A DNA stretch of 32,000 bases from Alkalilimnicola ehrlichii MLHE-1 (GTDB taxonomy: Bacteria; Pseudomonadota; Gammaproteobacteria; Nitrococcales; Halorhodospiraceae): contig NC_008340.1 of the NCBI RefSeq assembly GCF_000014785.1, forward strand, positions 2,490,001-2,522,000, given 5' to 3'. The notes beneath the pieces were generated by a model that saw only the letters and a program-made list of their open reading frames with translations, ran no database searches and was not told the origin of the DNA. How positions within the stretch are numbered: position 1 is the stretch's first letter; every line of letters starts with the position of its first letter. The position numbers and the translations under genes are program-made. Positions 21,148-31,296 of this stretch are shown piece after piece.

Positions 21148-23043
21148 ATGATCACCATGCGCTACCGCCTGTTACCCCTGCTCTTGCTGACCGCCCTGCT
21201 CTATGCCTGCGCGCCGCCGGAGCCGCCGGCCCCGGAGCCCGACATCCCGCCCACGGAACGGGCGCAGGCCCTGGCCGAACAGGGCGAACTGGCCGCCCGG
21301 CGGGGCGCGGCCGAGGCGGCCGTGGCACAGCTCCAGCGCGCCCTAGAACTGGCGCCGAACCACGACCGGGCGGACGACTGGAGGATCCGGCTGGCGGAGA
21401 TAGCGGCGGACCGCAGCCAGACCCGGGAGGCGGACGAGCTCCGGGAGACGCTGGCAGAGCGACCGCTGGACGTTGACCAACGGGAGCGCCTGGCCCTGCT
21501 CGAGGCCAGCCTGCTGCTGGCCGGCGGGCATACCCTCCAGGCTTGGCGCATCATCCAGCCCATGGCGCCCCCACCAGAGGCCTTCGCCGAGCGCTACTAT
21601 CAGGTCCGCGCCCAGGCCCTGGAGCGACTGGACCTGCCGCTGGACGCGGTCCGCGCACGGGTAGAGCGCAGCGACCGGCTCGATGACGAACAGGCACTGA
21701 CCCACAACCATGAACAGATCTGGGCCCTCCTCGACAACGCCCCGCTGAACAGCCTGCGCGACCGCCGGCCGGTCTCCGCCGACCGATTCGGTGGCTGGGT
21801 GGAGCTCGCCTGGCTCGTCCGTAATTACCGGCTCGAGCCCCGCCAGCTGGATGACGCCCTCGCCCGCTGGGAACGGCGCTTTCCGTCCCACCCCGGTGGG
21901 CCCTATGTGACCGACCGCATCGTCGGCGAATACCGTGAGAAGATGATCGACCCCACCGAGATCGCCGTCCTGCTGCCGCTCACCGGCCCCCTGGCGGACG
22001 CCGGGCGCGCCATACGCGACGGCATCATGGCCGCCCATCTGGCGGCGGAGGGTGACGGCCCCGACCTGCGCATCCTGGACAGCGCCGGTCGCGACATCGT
22101 GGCGCTCTACCGGCGGGCGGTATCGGACGGCGCGGAACTGGTCATCGGCCCGCTGGAGAAAGGCCAGGTGGATGCCCTGGCGGGTGCGGAGGAACTGCCG
22201 GTGCCGGTGCTGGCGCTAAACACCCTGTCAGGCGGCGTGGAGGGCCGGGCCGGGCTCTACCAGTTCGGGCTCGCCCCGGAGGATGACGCCGCGGAAGCGG
22301 CGCGTCAGGCGCGCCGGACCGGCTGGCAACGGGCCCTGGTGCTGGTGCCCGACAGCGACTGGGGCCGACGCCTGGCTGAGGCCTTCAGCCAGACCTTCGA
22401 GGCAGCCGGCGGCGAGGTGCTCGAGGCGCAACGCTTCGCCACCGACCAGGCGGACCACGCCGGCCCGCTGCGGGCACTGCTCAATCTCGACATCGGCGAC
22501 CGGCGCGCCCGGCAGGTGCGCGCCACCCTGCAGCGCAGCGTCGAGCATGTGGATCGGCGACGCCAGGACGCCGACTTTCTGTTCCTGGGGGCCACCACCG
22601 GGCAGGCCCGTCTGCTGGTGACGCAACTGCACTACCACCAGGGCGTCGGGTTGCCGGTACTGGCCACCTCGCACATCCACAGCACCGGGGACGACCCGGA
22701 GTTGTGGGCGGACCTGGATGGGGTGCTCTTCATGGAGACACCCTGGATGCTGGACGCTGGCGTCCGCACCGACGACGGCCTGGACCGCGCCACCCTGGAG
22801 GCATTGTGGCCAGAGCCGATTGCCAGCCACGGCCGGCTGTTCGCCCTCGGCGTGGATGCCTACCGCCTCGTCCCCTACGTGGAACTGCTGCAGGCTAGGG
22901 GCGGCGAGCGTATCGACGGCTTCAGCGGCCGCCTGAGTATGGACGAGCGAGGGCGGATTCAGCGCGGCCTGCTGCCGGCCCGTTACACCCATGAGGGCCC
23001 GGAGCTGCTGCAGGAGGAGAACGGCGAGGACCTGGGCCTGTGA
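21148..23043 (+). CDS. lpoA: Penicillin-binding protein activator LpoA (LppC-family lipoprotein)
   Basis: Lipoprotein signal MITMRYRLLPLLLLTALLYAC. TPR-like N-terminal domain and a periplasmic-binding-protein-like C-terminal domain. Conserved rsmI-divergent position. The start is ATG 21148 or 21157; the upstream part of the track ORF (from 20989) is rejected. Confidence 0.85.
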   Translation: MITMRYRLLPLLLLTALLYACAPPEPPAPEPDIPPTERAQALAEQGELAARRGAAEAAVAQLQRALELAPNHDRADDWRIRLAEIAADRSQTREADELRETLAERPLDVDQRERLALLEASLLLAGGHTLQAWRIIQPMAPPPEAFAERYYQVRAQALERLDLPLDAVRARVERSDRLDDEQALTHNHEQIWALLDNAPLNSLRDRRPVSADRFGGWVELAWLVRNYRLEPRQLDDALARWERRFPSHPGGPYVTDRIVGEYREKMIDPTEIAVLLPLTGPLADAGRAIRDGIMAAHLAAEGDGPDLRILDSAGRDIVALYRRAVSDGAELVIGPLEKGQVDALAGAEELPVPVLALNTLSGGVEGRAGLYQFGLAPEDDAAEAARQARRTGWQRALVLVPDSDWGRRLAEAFSQTFEAAGGEVLEAQRFATDQADHAGPLRALLNLDIGDRRARQVRATLQRSVEHVDRRRQDADFLFLGATTGQARLLVTQLHYHQGVGLPVLATSHIHSTGDDPELWADLDGVLFMETPWMLDAGVRTDDGLDRATLEALWPEPIASHGRLFALGVDAYRLVPYVELLQARGGERIDGFSGRLSMDERGRIQRGLLPARYTHEGPELLQEENGEDLGL

Positions 23044-23420
23044 ACCGCCGCCGGCCATCCGCCCCCGCCCCTCACCTGGAGACCGGCAACCGGGGCGAGC
23101 GCCGGGCCCTGGAACACCTCACCGGACAGGGGCTGGAACTGCTGGAATGCAACTTCCGCTGCCGGGCCGGCGAGATCGACCTCATCATGCGGGACGGCGA
23201 GGTGGTCGTGTTCGTGGAGGTGCGGGTGCGGACCCATCCGGGTTACGGTGGCGCACTGGCCTCCATCACCCCGGCGAAGCAACGCCGGCTGGCCCGCGCC
23301 GCCGCCCGCTGGCTGCAGCGCCACCGGCTCACCCAACGGGCCGTCTGCCGCTTTGACGTGGTGACCTTCGACGGGGAGCGGCCCCAGTGGCTGCGCCACG
23401 CCTTCACCGCCCCGGGCTAG
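23040..23420 (+). CDS. yraN: YraN family protein (UPF0102, endonuclease-like fold)
   Basis: GERRALEHLTGQGLELLECNFRCRAGEIDLIMRDGEVVVFVEVRVR is typical of UPF0102. The GTG start overlaps the lpoA stop (GTGA). Confidence 0.88.
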   Translation: MNRRRPSAPAPHLETGNRGERRALEHLTGQGLELLECNFRCRAGEIDLIMRDGEVVVFVEVRVRTHPGYGGALASITPAKQRRLARAAARWLQRHRLTQRAVCRFDVVTFDGERPQWLRHAFTAPG

Positions 23421-24089
<669 letters not shown>

Positions 24090-24094
24090 ACAGC

Positions 24095-24126
24095 GCCCCG
24101 GAACCCGGGGCCGGGGGCCGCCGGCC
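24095..24126. terminator. Two overlapping GC hairpins between convergent diaA and sspB
   Basis: GCCCCGG-aac-CCGGGGC (24095..24111) and GGCCGG-gggccg-CCGGCC (24109..24126). The second is followed by TATTT on the plus strand. Confidence 0.5.
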
Positions 24127-24539
24127 TATTTGACCACCCGCAGGTTGGGGCGGCTGCCGCCGCCATCCGGACCGCCGTTGGGCCCGTCGTCGTCCGGCCC
24201 ACCGCTTGAGGGCCCGTCACCCCCCTCCTCGTCGGCCTCCCCGAAGAGCATCCCCTGGCCGTTCTCCCGGGCATAAATGGCCATCACCGCCATCACCGGC
24301 ACCCGCACATCCTGGGGCACCCCGCCAAAGCGGGCGGAAAACTCCACGGCCTCGTTGCCCATAGCCAGGTTATGCACGGCCCTCGGCGCCACGTTGAGCA
24401 CCAGCTTGCCGGCGTCCACATACTCCATGGGCGCCACCAGCCCCTCGTGCTCGGCGTTGACCAGCAGGTAGGGGGTAAGGCCGTTATCGACAATCCACTC
24501 GTACAGCGCGCGGATCAGATACGGTCTACTCGATGTCAT
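24126..24539 (-). CDS. sspB: ClpXP protease specificity-enhancing factor SspB
   Basis: MTSSRPYLIRALYEWIVDNGLTPYLLVNA, an acidic/Gly-rich linker, and the C-terminal ClpX-binding LRVVK. ATG 24539 has GGAG 7 nt upstream. The track ORF extension to 24716 is rejected. Confidence 0.93.
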   Translation of the reverse strand: MTSSRPYLIRALYEWIVDNGLTPYLLVNAEHEGLVAPMEYVDAGKLVLNVAPRAVHNLAMGNEAVEFSARFGGVPQDVRVPVMAVMAIYARENGQGMLFGEADEEGGDGPSSGGPDDDGPNGGPDGGGSRPNLRVVK

Positions 24540-24564
24540 CAATACTCCAGGGCCGCCGCGGACC

Positions 24565-25188
24565 TCAGTCGCGCAGGGTCTTCTCGATATCTGACAGGGA
24601 TTTCCTGAACGATGGCCGCGCAAACATGCGCTCCATGTAGGCGTGCAGGTGTTCCGCCCGTCCGGGCAGCTCCACGCCCAGTGCCGGCAGCCGCCAGAGC
24701 ACCGGCAACACGGCACAGTCCATCACACTCAGCTCCTCGCTGAGCAGGAAAGGATAGCCCCTGAATAACGGGTCACTGGCCAGCAACCCCTCCGCCAGCT
24801 CCTTGCGCACCGCCGCCAGGCCGCGCCCCTTGCCCTCAGCCAATTGCGCCGCCAGCGGGTACCAGTCGGTCTCCACCCGGGACACCACCAGACGCGCCTT
24901 GGCCCGGGAGACGGGATCCACCGGCATCAAGGGCGGGTGGGGGTAGCGCTCGTCCAGGTACTCGACGATCACCCGCGGGTCGTAGAGCGAGAGCTCGCGG
25001 TCCACCAGGGTGGGTGTGGTGCAGTAGGGGTTGAGCTCCTGCAGGTCCTCGGGCGGATCCAGCGGATCAACCGAGACCAGATGGGCGTCGATACCCTTCT
25101 CGGCCAGAACGAAACGGACCCGATGGCTGTCCAGCGCATCGGGATCGGAATAGAGTGTGATTACCGAACGTCGGTTCACTGCCCCCAT
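24565..25188 (-). CDS. sspA: Stringent starvation protein A (GST-like RNAP-associated protein)
   Basis: MGAVNRRSVITLYSDPDALDSHRVRFVLAEKGI parallels the E. coli SspA N-terminus. The ORF-track start at 25194 is a TTG, so ATG 25188 is preferred. Confidence 0.93.
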   Translation of the reverse strand: MGAVNRRSVITLYSDPDALDSHRVRFVLAEKGIDAHLVSVDPLDPPEDLQELNPYCTTPTLVDRELSLYDPRVIVEYLDERYPHPPLMPVDPVSRAKARLVVSRVETDWYPLAAQLAEGKGRGLAAVRKELAEGLLASDPLFRGYPFLLSEELSVMDCAVLPVLWRLPALGVELPGRAEHLHAYMERMFARPSFRKSLSDIEKTLRD

Positions 25189-25219
25189 GGGCAAGACCCC
25201 TCGACCAGAAACGGAACCG

Positions 25220-25250
25220 CCCGGCCGCCGCCCAGAGGGCCGCGGCCGGG
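25220..25250 (-). terminator. GC-rich hairpin after petC (end of the bc1 operon)
   Basis: CCCGGCCGC-c-GCCC-aga-GGGC-c-GCGGCCGGG (13 bp, one 1x1 mismatch). On the minus strand it is followed by CGGTTCCGTTTCTGG. Confidence 0.5.
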
Positions 25251-25266
25251 CCGGTGATCGACGCCC

Positions 25267-26001
25267 TTAATGGACGTCCTTCCAGTACTCGCGCTTCAGC
25301 GCATAGAACAACACCGTCAGCAGCAGCAGGAACAGAATGACCTTGAAACCCAGCTGCATGCGATAGGCCTTGATGGGCTCCGCGGCATAGGCCAGGAAGT
25401 TCGCGATATCCGCGGTGGCCTGCCGGTACTCCTCCGGCGACATTACCCCCTGGCGGTGCTCAGGCACCTCCAGATCGACGATGTTGCCGTCATCGTCCCG
25501 CACCGCCTCCGGCATGCCCTGCAGGCTCGACAGCACGTGCGGCATCGACGAACCGCCCAACATCAGGTTGTCGATCCCCACCGCGGACATGTCGTCGCGA
25601 TAGAAGGTGTTGAGGAAGGCGTAGATCCAGTCCGCGCCCAGGGACCGGCCGGTCAGGGACAGGTCCGGCGGCTCGATACCGAACCAGGCCTCGCCGTCCT
25701 CCGGGTCCATGGCCGAGATCATCGGGTCGTGGATTTCGGCGTCACCGAAGATCATGTTCTCGATGACATCCTCCTCCTCCATGCCCAGATCGGCGGCCAT
25801 CCGGTTCCAACGCAGCAGTTCCACCGAGTGGCAGCCCATGCAGTAGTTGACGAACAACCCCGCACCCCGCCGGATGGAATCGGTGTCGTAGGGGTCGGCA
25901 CTGAACTCCAGGCCCAGCGGCAGGTCGCCCTTGGGGGCCGCGCTGCTGGCCCCCAGGGGGGCCAGCGCCAGGATTGCGATAAGCAGGAATCTCTTCATCA
26001 T
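25267..26001 (-). CDS. petC: Cytochrome c1 (ubiquinol-cytochrome c reductase subunit)
   Basis: Signal peptide MMKRFLLIAILALAPLGASSA, heme motif CMGCH and a C-terminal TM anchor. The ATG overlaps the petB stop by 1 nt (TGATG). Confidence 0.93.
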   Translation of the reverse strand: MMKRFLLIAILALAPLGASSAAPKGDLPLGLEFSADPYDTDSIRRGAGLFVNYCMGCHSVELLRWNRMAADLGMEEEDVIENMIFGDAEIHDPMISAMDPEDGEAWFGIEPPDLSLTGRSLGADWIYAFLNTFYRDDMSAVGIDNLMLGGSSMPHVLSSLQGMPEAVRDDDGNIVDLEVPEHRQGVMSPEEYRQATADIANFLAYAAEPIKAYRMQLGFKVILFLLLLTVLFYALKREYWKDVH

Positions 26002-27242
26002 CAGGACGTCACCCTTTCCGGAACCGGCTTGGTCTTCTCCAGATCAAACGCGGTGTAGACCCAGAGGAAGACGAAGTAACCGAAGTACACCAGCGCGCAG
26101 ATGCGGCCGATAATCGTGGTCATCGGCGTGACCGGCTGCGTGCCCACATAACCCAGGATGATGAAGGCGGCCGCGAAGGCGAACAGGGCGATCTTGAAGC
26201 CCAGCCCACGGTAGCGGATGGAGCGCACCCGGCCACGGTCGATCCAGGGCAGTAGGAACAGCACGGCGATGGCCGCACCCATGGCCACCACGCCCAGCAG
26301 CTTGTCCGGCACCGACATCAGGATCGCGTAGTGGGGCGCGAAGTACCAGACCGGCGGGATGTGACTCGGCGTCGTCAGCGGATCCGCGGGGATGAAGTTG
26401 TCGTACTTGATGAAGTACCCGCCCACCTCCGGGATGAAGAACACCACCACGGAGAAGACGATCAGGAAGACCCCTACACCGAAAAGGTCCTTGACGGTGT
26501 AGTAGGGATGGAACGGGATGCCGTCCAGCGGCTTGCCGTTCTCGTCCTTGTGCTTCTTGATCTCGATCCCGTCGGGGTTATTGGAGCCGACCTCGTGCAG
26601 CGCCAGGATGTGCGCCACCACCAGGGCGATCAGCACCAGCGGCAGGGCGACGACGTGCAGGGCGAAGAACCGGCCCAGGGTGGCCTCGGAGATGAGGAAG
26701 TCACCCATGATCCAGACCACCAGCGGCTCGCCGATGAAGGGAATCGCCCCGAACAGCGAGATGATGACCTGCGCCCCCCAGTAGGACATTTGGCCCCAGG
26801 GCAGCACGTAGCCCATGAAGGCCTCGGCCATGAGGACCAGAAGAAGAAGGCAGCCGAAGATCCAGATGAGCTCCCGGGGCTTCTGGTAGGAGCCGTACAT
26901 CATGCCTCGGAACATGTGCAGATAGACCACCAGGAAGAACATCGAGGCGCCGGTGGAGTGGATATAGCGGATCAGCCACCCCCATTCCACGTCACGCATG
27001 ATGAATTCGACCGAGGTGAAGGCCTCTGCCCCCGTCGGCTTGAAGTTGAAGGTCAGCCAGATCCCGGAGATGATCTGGATGACCAGCACCATCAGGGCCA
27101 GCGAACCAAAGTAGTACCACCAGTTGAAGTTCTTCGGAGCATAGTATTCGCTCAGGTGCTCCCGCCACATCTTCGTGAGCGGAAAGCGGGCATCAACCCA
27201 CCCCAAGAGCCCACCCTGAGCTTTTTCTGTGTTGTAGCTCAT
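26001..27242 (-). CDS. petB: Cytochrome b (ubiquinol-cytochrome c reductase subunit)
   Basis: NFNWWYYFGSLALMVLVIQIISGIWL, IRYIHSTGASMFF, and PEWYF-like PPVWYFAPHYAILMS. Multi-TM, 413 aa. The ATG overlaps the petA stop by 1 nt. Confidence 0.96.
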   Translation of the reverse strand: MSYNTEKAQGGLLGWVDARFPLTKMWREHLSEYYAPKNFNWWYYFGSLALMVLVIQIISGIWLTFNFKPTGAEAFTSVEFIMRDVEWGWLIRYIHSTGASMFFLVVYLHMFRGMMYGSYQKPRELIWIFGCLLLLVLMAEAFMGYVLPWGQMSYWGAQVIISLFGAIPFIGEPLVVWIMGDFLISEATLGRFFALHVVALPLVLIALVVAHILALHEVGSNNPDGIEIKKHKDENGKPLDGIPFHPYYTVKDLFGVGVFLIVFSVVVFFIPEVGGYFIKYDNFIPADPLTTPSHIPPVWYFAPHYAILMSVPDKLLGVVAMGAAIAVLFLLPWIDRGRVRSIRYRGLGFKIALFAFAAAFIILGYVGTQPVTPMTTIIGRICALVYFGYFVFLWVYTAFDLEKTKPVPERVTS

Positions 27243-27841
27243 CAGGCCATGCCCTCCTCGTCCTCGCCGATGAGGATGGTATTTTGCTCAGTAAACTTGT
27301 ACCGCGGGACCACCAGGTTGGTCGGCGCGGGAACCCCTTGGAAGACCCGCCCGGCGATATCGAAGCGGGAGGCGTGGCAGCCGCAGAAGAACCCGCCGCG
27401 CCAGTCCGGATCGAAGGGTTGGGCCTGGAGCTCCGGATAGTAGCCCGGGGAGCAGCCCAGGTGGGTGCAGACACCGACGACCACCAGGAACTCGGGGTCG
27501 CGGGAGCGGTGCTCGTTGCGCGCATACTCCGGCTGCTGCTCCTCGACTTCGGAGTCGGGATCGCGAAGCCGGCCGCGCACATTCTGCAGCTCGGCCAACT
27601 GCTCTTCGGTGCGCCGGACCACGAAGACCGGCTGCCCGCGCCATTCGACGTTGAGCAGCTGACCTTCGCCCAGCTTGCTATGATCCACCTCGACCGGTGC
27701 ACCGGCGGCCAGCGCCCGCGCACTGGGCTGCCAATATTTAATGAAGGGGGTCACGGTAAACGCCAGACCGACGCCACCCACAACCGTGGCAGCACCCGTG
27801 AGGATGCGGCGCCTGCCCTTGTCCACGCCATCCTGTTTCAT
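27242..27841 (-). CDS. petA: Ubiquinol-cytochrome c reductase Rieske iron-sulfur subunit
   Basis: Tat motif GRRRILTG plus a TM anchor. Box I is CTHLGC and box II is CGCHAS. GAGG lies 6 nt upstream of ATG 27841. Confidence 0.95.
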   Translation of the reverse strand: MKQDGVDKGRRRILTGAATVVGGVGLAFTVTPFIKYWQPSARALAAGAPVEVDHSKLGEGQLLNVEWRGQPVFVVRRTEEQLAELQNVRGRLRDPDSEVEEQQPEYARNEHRSRDPEFLVVVGVCTHLGCSPGYYPELQAQPFDPDWRGGFFCGCHASRFDIAGRVFQGVPAPTNLVVPRYKFTEQNTILIGEDEEGMA

Positions 27842-27939
27842 GGAAGACCTCTGAAACTGTCAGATCGTTAGGAACCCGCTAGGGTCATCCCGGTGTTGGC
27901 CCCGGGGCCATTGTGCTTTCTTGGAGTAAACCCTGAGAA

Positions 27940-27962
27940 GGGCGCCCAAAACTTCGGCGCCT
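27940..27962 (-). terminator. Hairpin downstream of the Nif3-family gene; weak terminator candidate, or a petA leader structure
   Basis: A-GGCGCC-N9-GGCGCC-T. On the minus strand it is followed by TCTCAGGGTTTACT. Function is uncertain. Confidence 0.3.
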
Positions 27963-28115
27963 AAGCATCCAATATACGCCCAAGAAGGTCAAGGCAACGC
28001 CCAGGGCCCAGCGTCGTGACCCGGCGAAGTTCGGCCCTGATATGAGCGGGATGACCGCATGATTGGCCGGGATTCCTGCGACAATTTGACGCAAATGAAT
28101 GTATGGCAGTTACGC

Positions 28116-28874
28116 TCAGGCCGGGTTGTCCACCTCCACGTAGGTATGGGCCACGCCCAGATGCTCCGCCAGGGCCGCTCCCAGGGCCTGCACGCCGTAG
28201 CGCTCCGTGGCGTGGTGCCCCGCGCAAAGATAGTGCACCCCCAGCTCCCGTGCCGCGTGGGTGGTCCGCTCGGAGATCTCCCCGCTGATGTAGGTATCCG
28301 CTCCCAATGCCGCCGCCTGGTGGATGAAGTCCTGGCCACCGCCGGTGCACCAGATCACCCGCTGCACCGGATGATCGCCGCCGGCCACCACCAGGGGCTC
28401 CCGCTCCAGGCCCCGCGCCACCCGCACCGCGAAGTCCGGCAGCCGCTCGGGGACGGCCAGCGCGCTCTCCCGGCCCAGCCCCTCCAGCCCGGCCAGGGTC
28501 ACCGGCCGCGAGGGGGGCAGGCACAGCACCTGGCCCAGCCGTACGTTGTTCCCGAACTCGGGGTGGACATCCAATGGTAAATGGTAGGCCAGCAGGCTGA
28601 CATCCGCACGCAAAAGGGTGGCGATACGCCGCCCCTTCATACCCACGATGGGGGCGGGCTCGCCTTTCCAGAAGTAGCCGTGGTGGACCAGCAGCGCGTC
28701 GGCGCCGGCGGCCAGCGCCCGCTCGAGAAACCGCTGACTGGCCGTCACCCCGGTGACCAAGTGGGTGACCTCCGCTCGCCCCTCCACCTGCAGCCCATTG
28801 GGGGCGTAATCGGTGAGCGCGGCCGGCTGCAACCAGGCGTCGAGCTGACGGATCAGGGTGCTGAGCATTGCCAT
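28116..28874 (-). CDS. Nif3-like dinuclear metal centre protein (YbgI / GTP cyclohydrolase 1 type 2 homologue family)
   Basis: DYAPNGLQVEG, VTGVTASQ, LLVHHGYFWKGE, YHLPLDVHPEFGNN, SGEISE and AGHHATERYG. Three in-frame ATGs exist (28907, 28874, 28868); 28874 gives the length typical of the family. Confidence 0.9.
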   Translation of the reverse strand: MAMLSTLIRQLDAWLQPAALTDYAPNGLQVEGRAEVTHLVTGVTASQRFLERALAAGADALLVHHGYFWKGEPAPIVGMKGRRIATLLRADVSLLAYHLPLDVHPEFGNNVRLGQVLCLPPSRPVTLAGLEGLGRESALAVPERLPDFAVRVARGLEREPLVVAGGDHPVQRVIWCTGGGQDFIHQAAALGADTYISGEISERTTHAARELGVHYLCAGHHATERYGVQALGAALAEHLGVAHTYVEVDNPA

Positions 28875-28980
28875 GGACGACGGGGCTCCTGCACTGGGTT
28901 TGCGCATACCTTACAATGTCTCCCCCGGGGCCGCCCACCCCGGGCCCCGATAACAGCGTCAGAGGTCTGGAGACCGCCGG

Positions 28981-30198
<1,218 letters not shown>

Positions 30199-30207
<9 letters not shown>

Positions 30208-31296
30208 CAGCACCTGGCCCAGCGCCGCCAGGAAGCGGGCGTTTTCCTCCGGCCGGCCCACCGTCACCCGCAGGCAGTCGGCGAGCTGCGGGTGACTACC
30301 GTCCAGGTTCTTGATCAGCACGCCGTGCTCCCGCAGCCCGCTGTGCACCCGGCCGGCGGCCCCGGCCGGGCCCCGGAAGGTGAGGAAGTTGGCCTCGCTG
30401 GGCCAGACCCGTTCCACCCCGGGAATGGCCGCCAGCCCTTCGGCCAAACGCCCGCGCTCGGCCACGATGGCGGCCACGCTGCGCTCGAGTTGCTCGCGGT
30501 GATCCAGCGCAAAGTTGGCACTGGCCTGGGTAAGGGCACTGATGTTGTAGGGCAGGCGCAGTTTCTCCAGTTCCTCAAGCCAGTCCGGGTGGCCGGCCAC
30601 CAGGCCCAGGCGCAGGCCGGCCAGCCCCACCTTGGAGACGGTGCGCATCACCAGCAGGTTGGGATAGGCCAGCACATCGGGCAGGAAGCTGTCGTTGGCG
30701 AAGGCGTAGTAGGCCTCGTCCACCACCACCAGGCCTGGGGCCTCGTGGATCACGCGGGCCAGGGCGTCGCGATTAAAGGCATTGCCGGTGGGGTTGTTGG
30801 GATAGGCAATATAGACCACCGCCGGCTGCACCTCCCGCAGCGCCGCCCGCATGGCCGTCTCGTCCAGCTCAAAGTCCTCGGCCAGCGGCACCTCGCGGTA
30901 GCCCAGGCCGCTGTTGACCGCGATGATGCGGTACATGGCGAAACCCGGCCCCGGGGTGAGCACGACCCGGCCGGGCCCCGCCACCAGGAGGTTGATGAGC
31001 AGGATCAACTCATCCGAGCCGTTGCCGAGCATGAGCGCGGCCCCCTCCGGGATGCCCATGGCCGCGCGCAGCCGGGCCTTCAGTTCGCCGGCCCCGGCGT
31101 CGGGATAGCGGTTGAGCGGCACCTCCGACAGCGCTGCCTGCCAGGCCTCGACCAGTTCCCCGGGCCAGGGCCAGGGGTTCTCCATGGCGTCCAGCTTGAT
31201 CACGTCCGCCGGTGGCGGCACGTGGTAGGCGCTCAGCGCCCGCACCTCCGGGCGCACCCAAGCGTCGATCAGGGCGCTGCGTGAGGAACGGCTCAC
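30199..31296 (-). CDS. hisC: Histidinol-phosphate aminotransferase
   Basis: [19 protein letters not shown], and the PLP-lysine context [14 protein letters not shown]. The GTG start overlaps the hisD stop (GTGA). Confidence 0.93.

Noticed and set aside
24147-24239. G/C-rich, repetitive-looking DNA encoding EADEEGGDGPSSGGPDDDGPNGGPDGGGS.
   Set aside because: This is the flexible acidic/Gly-rich linker typical of SspB, lying between the substrate-binding domain and the LRVVK ClpX-binding tail. It is not a repeat element.
27885-28094. 69-aa minus-strand ORF in the Nif3-petA spacer, with a hydrophobic stretch.
   Set aside because: It has a TTG start with no RBS and no recognisable family. It spans the likely petA promoter and the hairpins. 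It is more likely non-coding, though a small protein cannot be formally excluded.
28086-28099. FNR/CRP-like dyad TTGAC-GCAA-ATGAA upstream of the bc1 operon.
   Set aside because: The second half-site has G where the critical C of TCAA is needed. No suitable -10 lies at the class II distance. It sits only 17 nt from the Nif3 stop codon.
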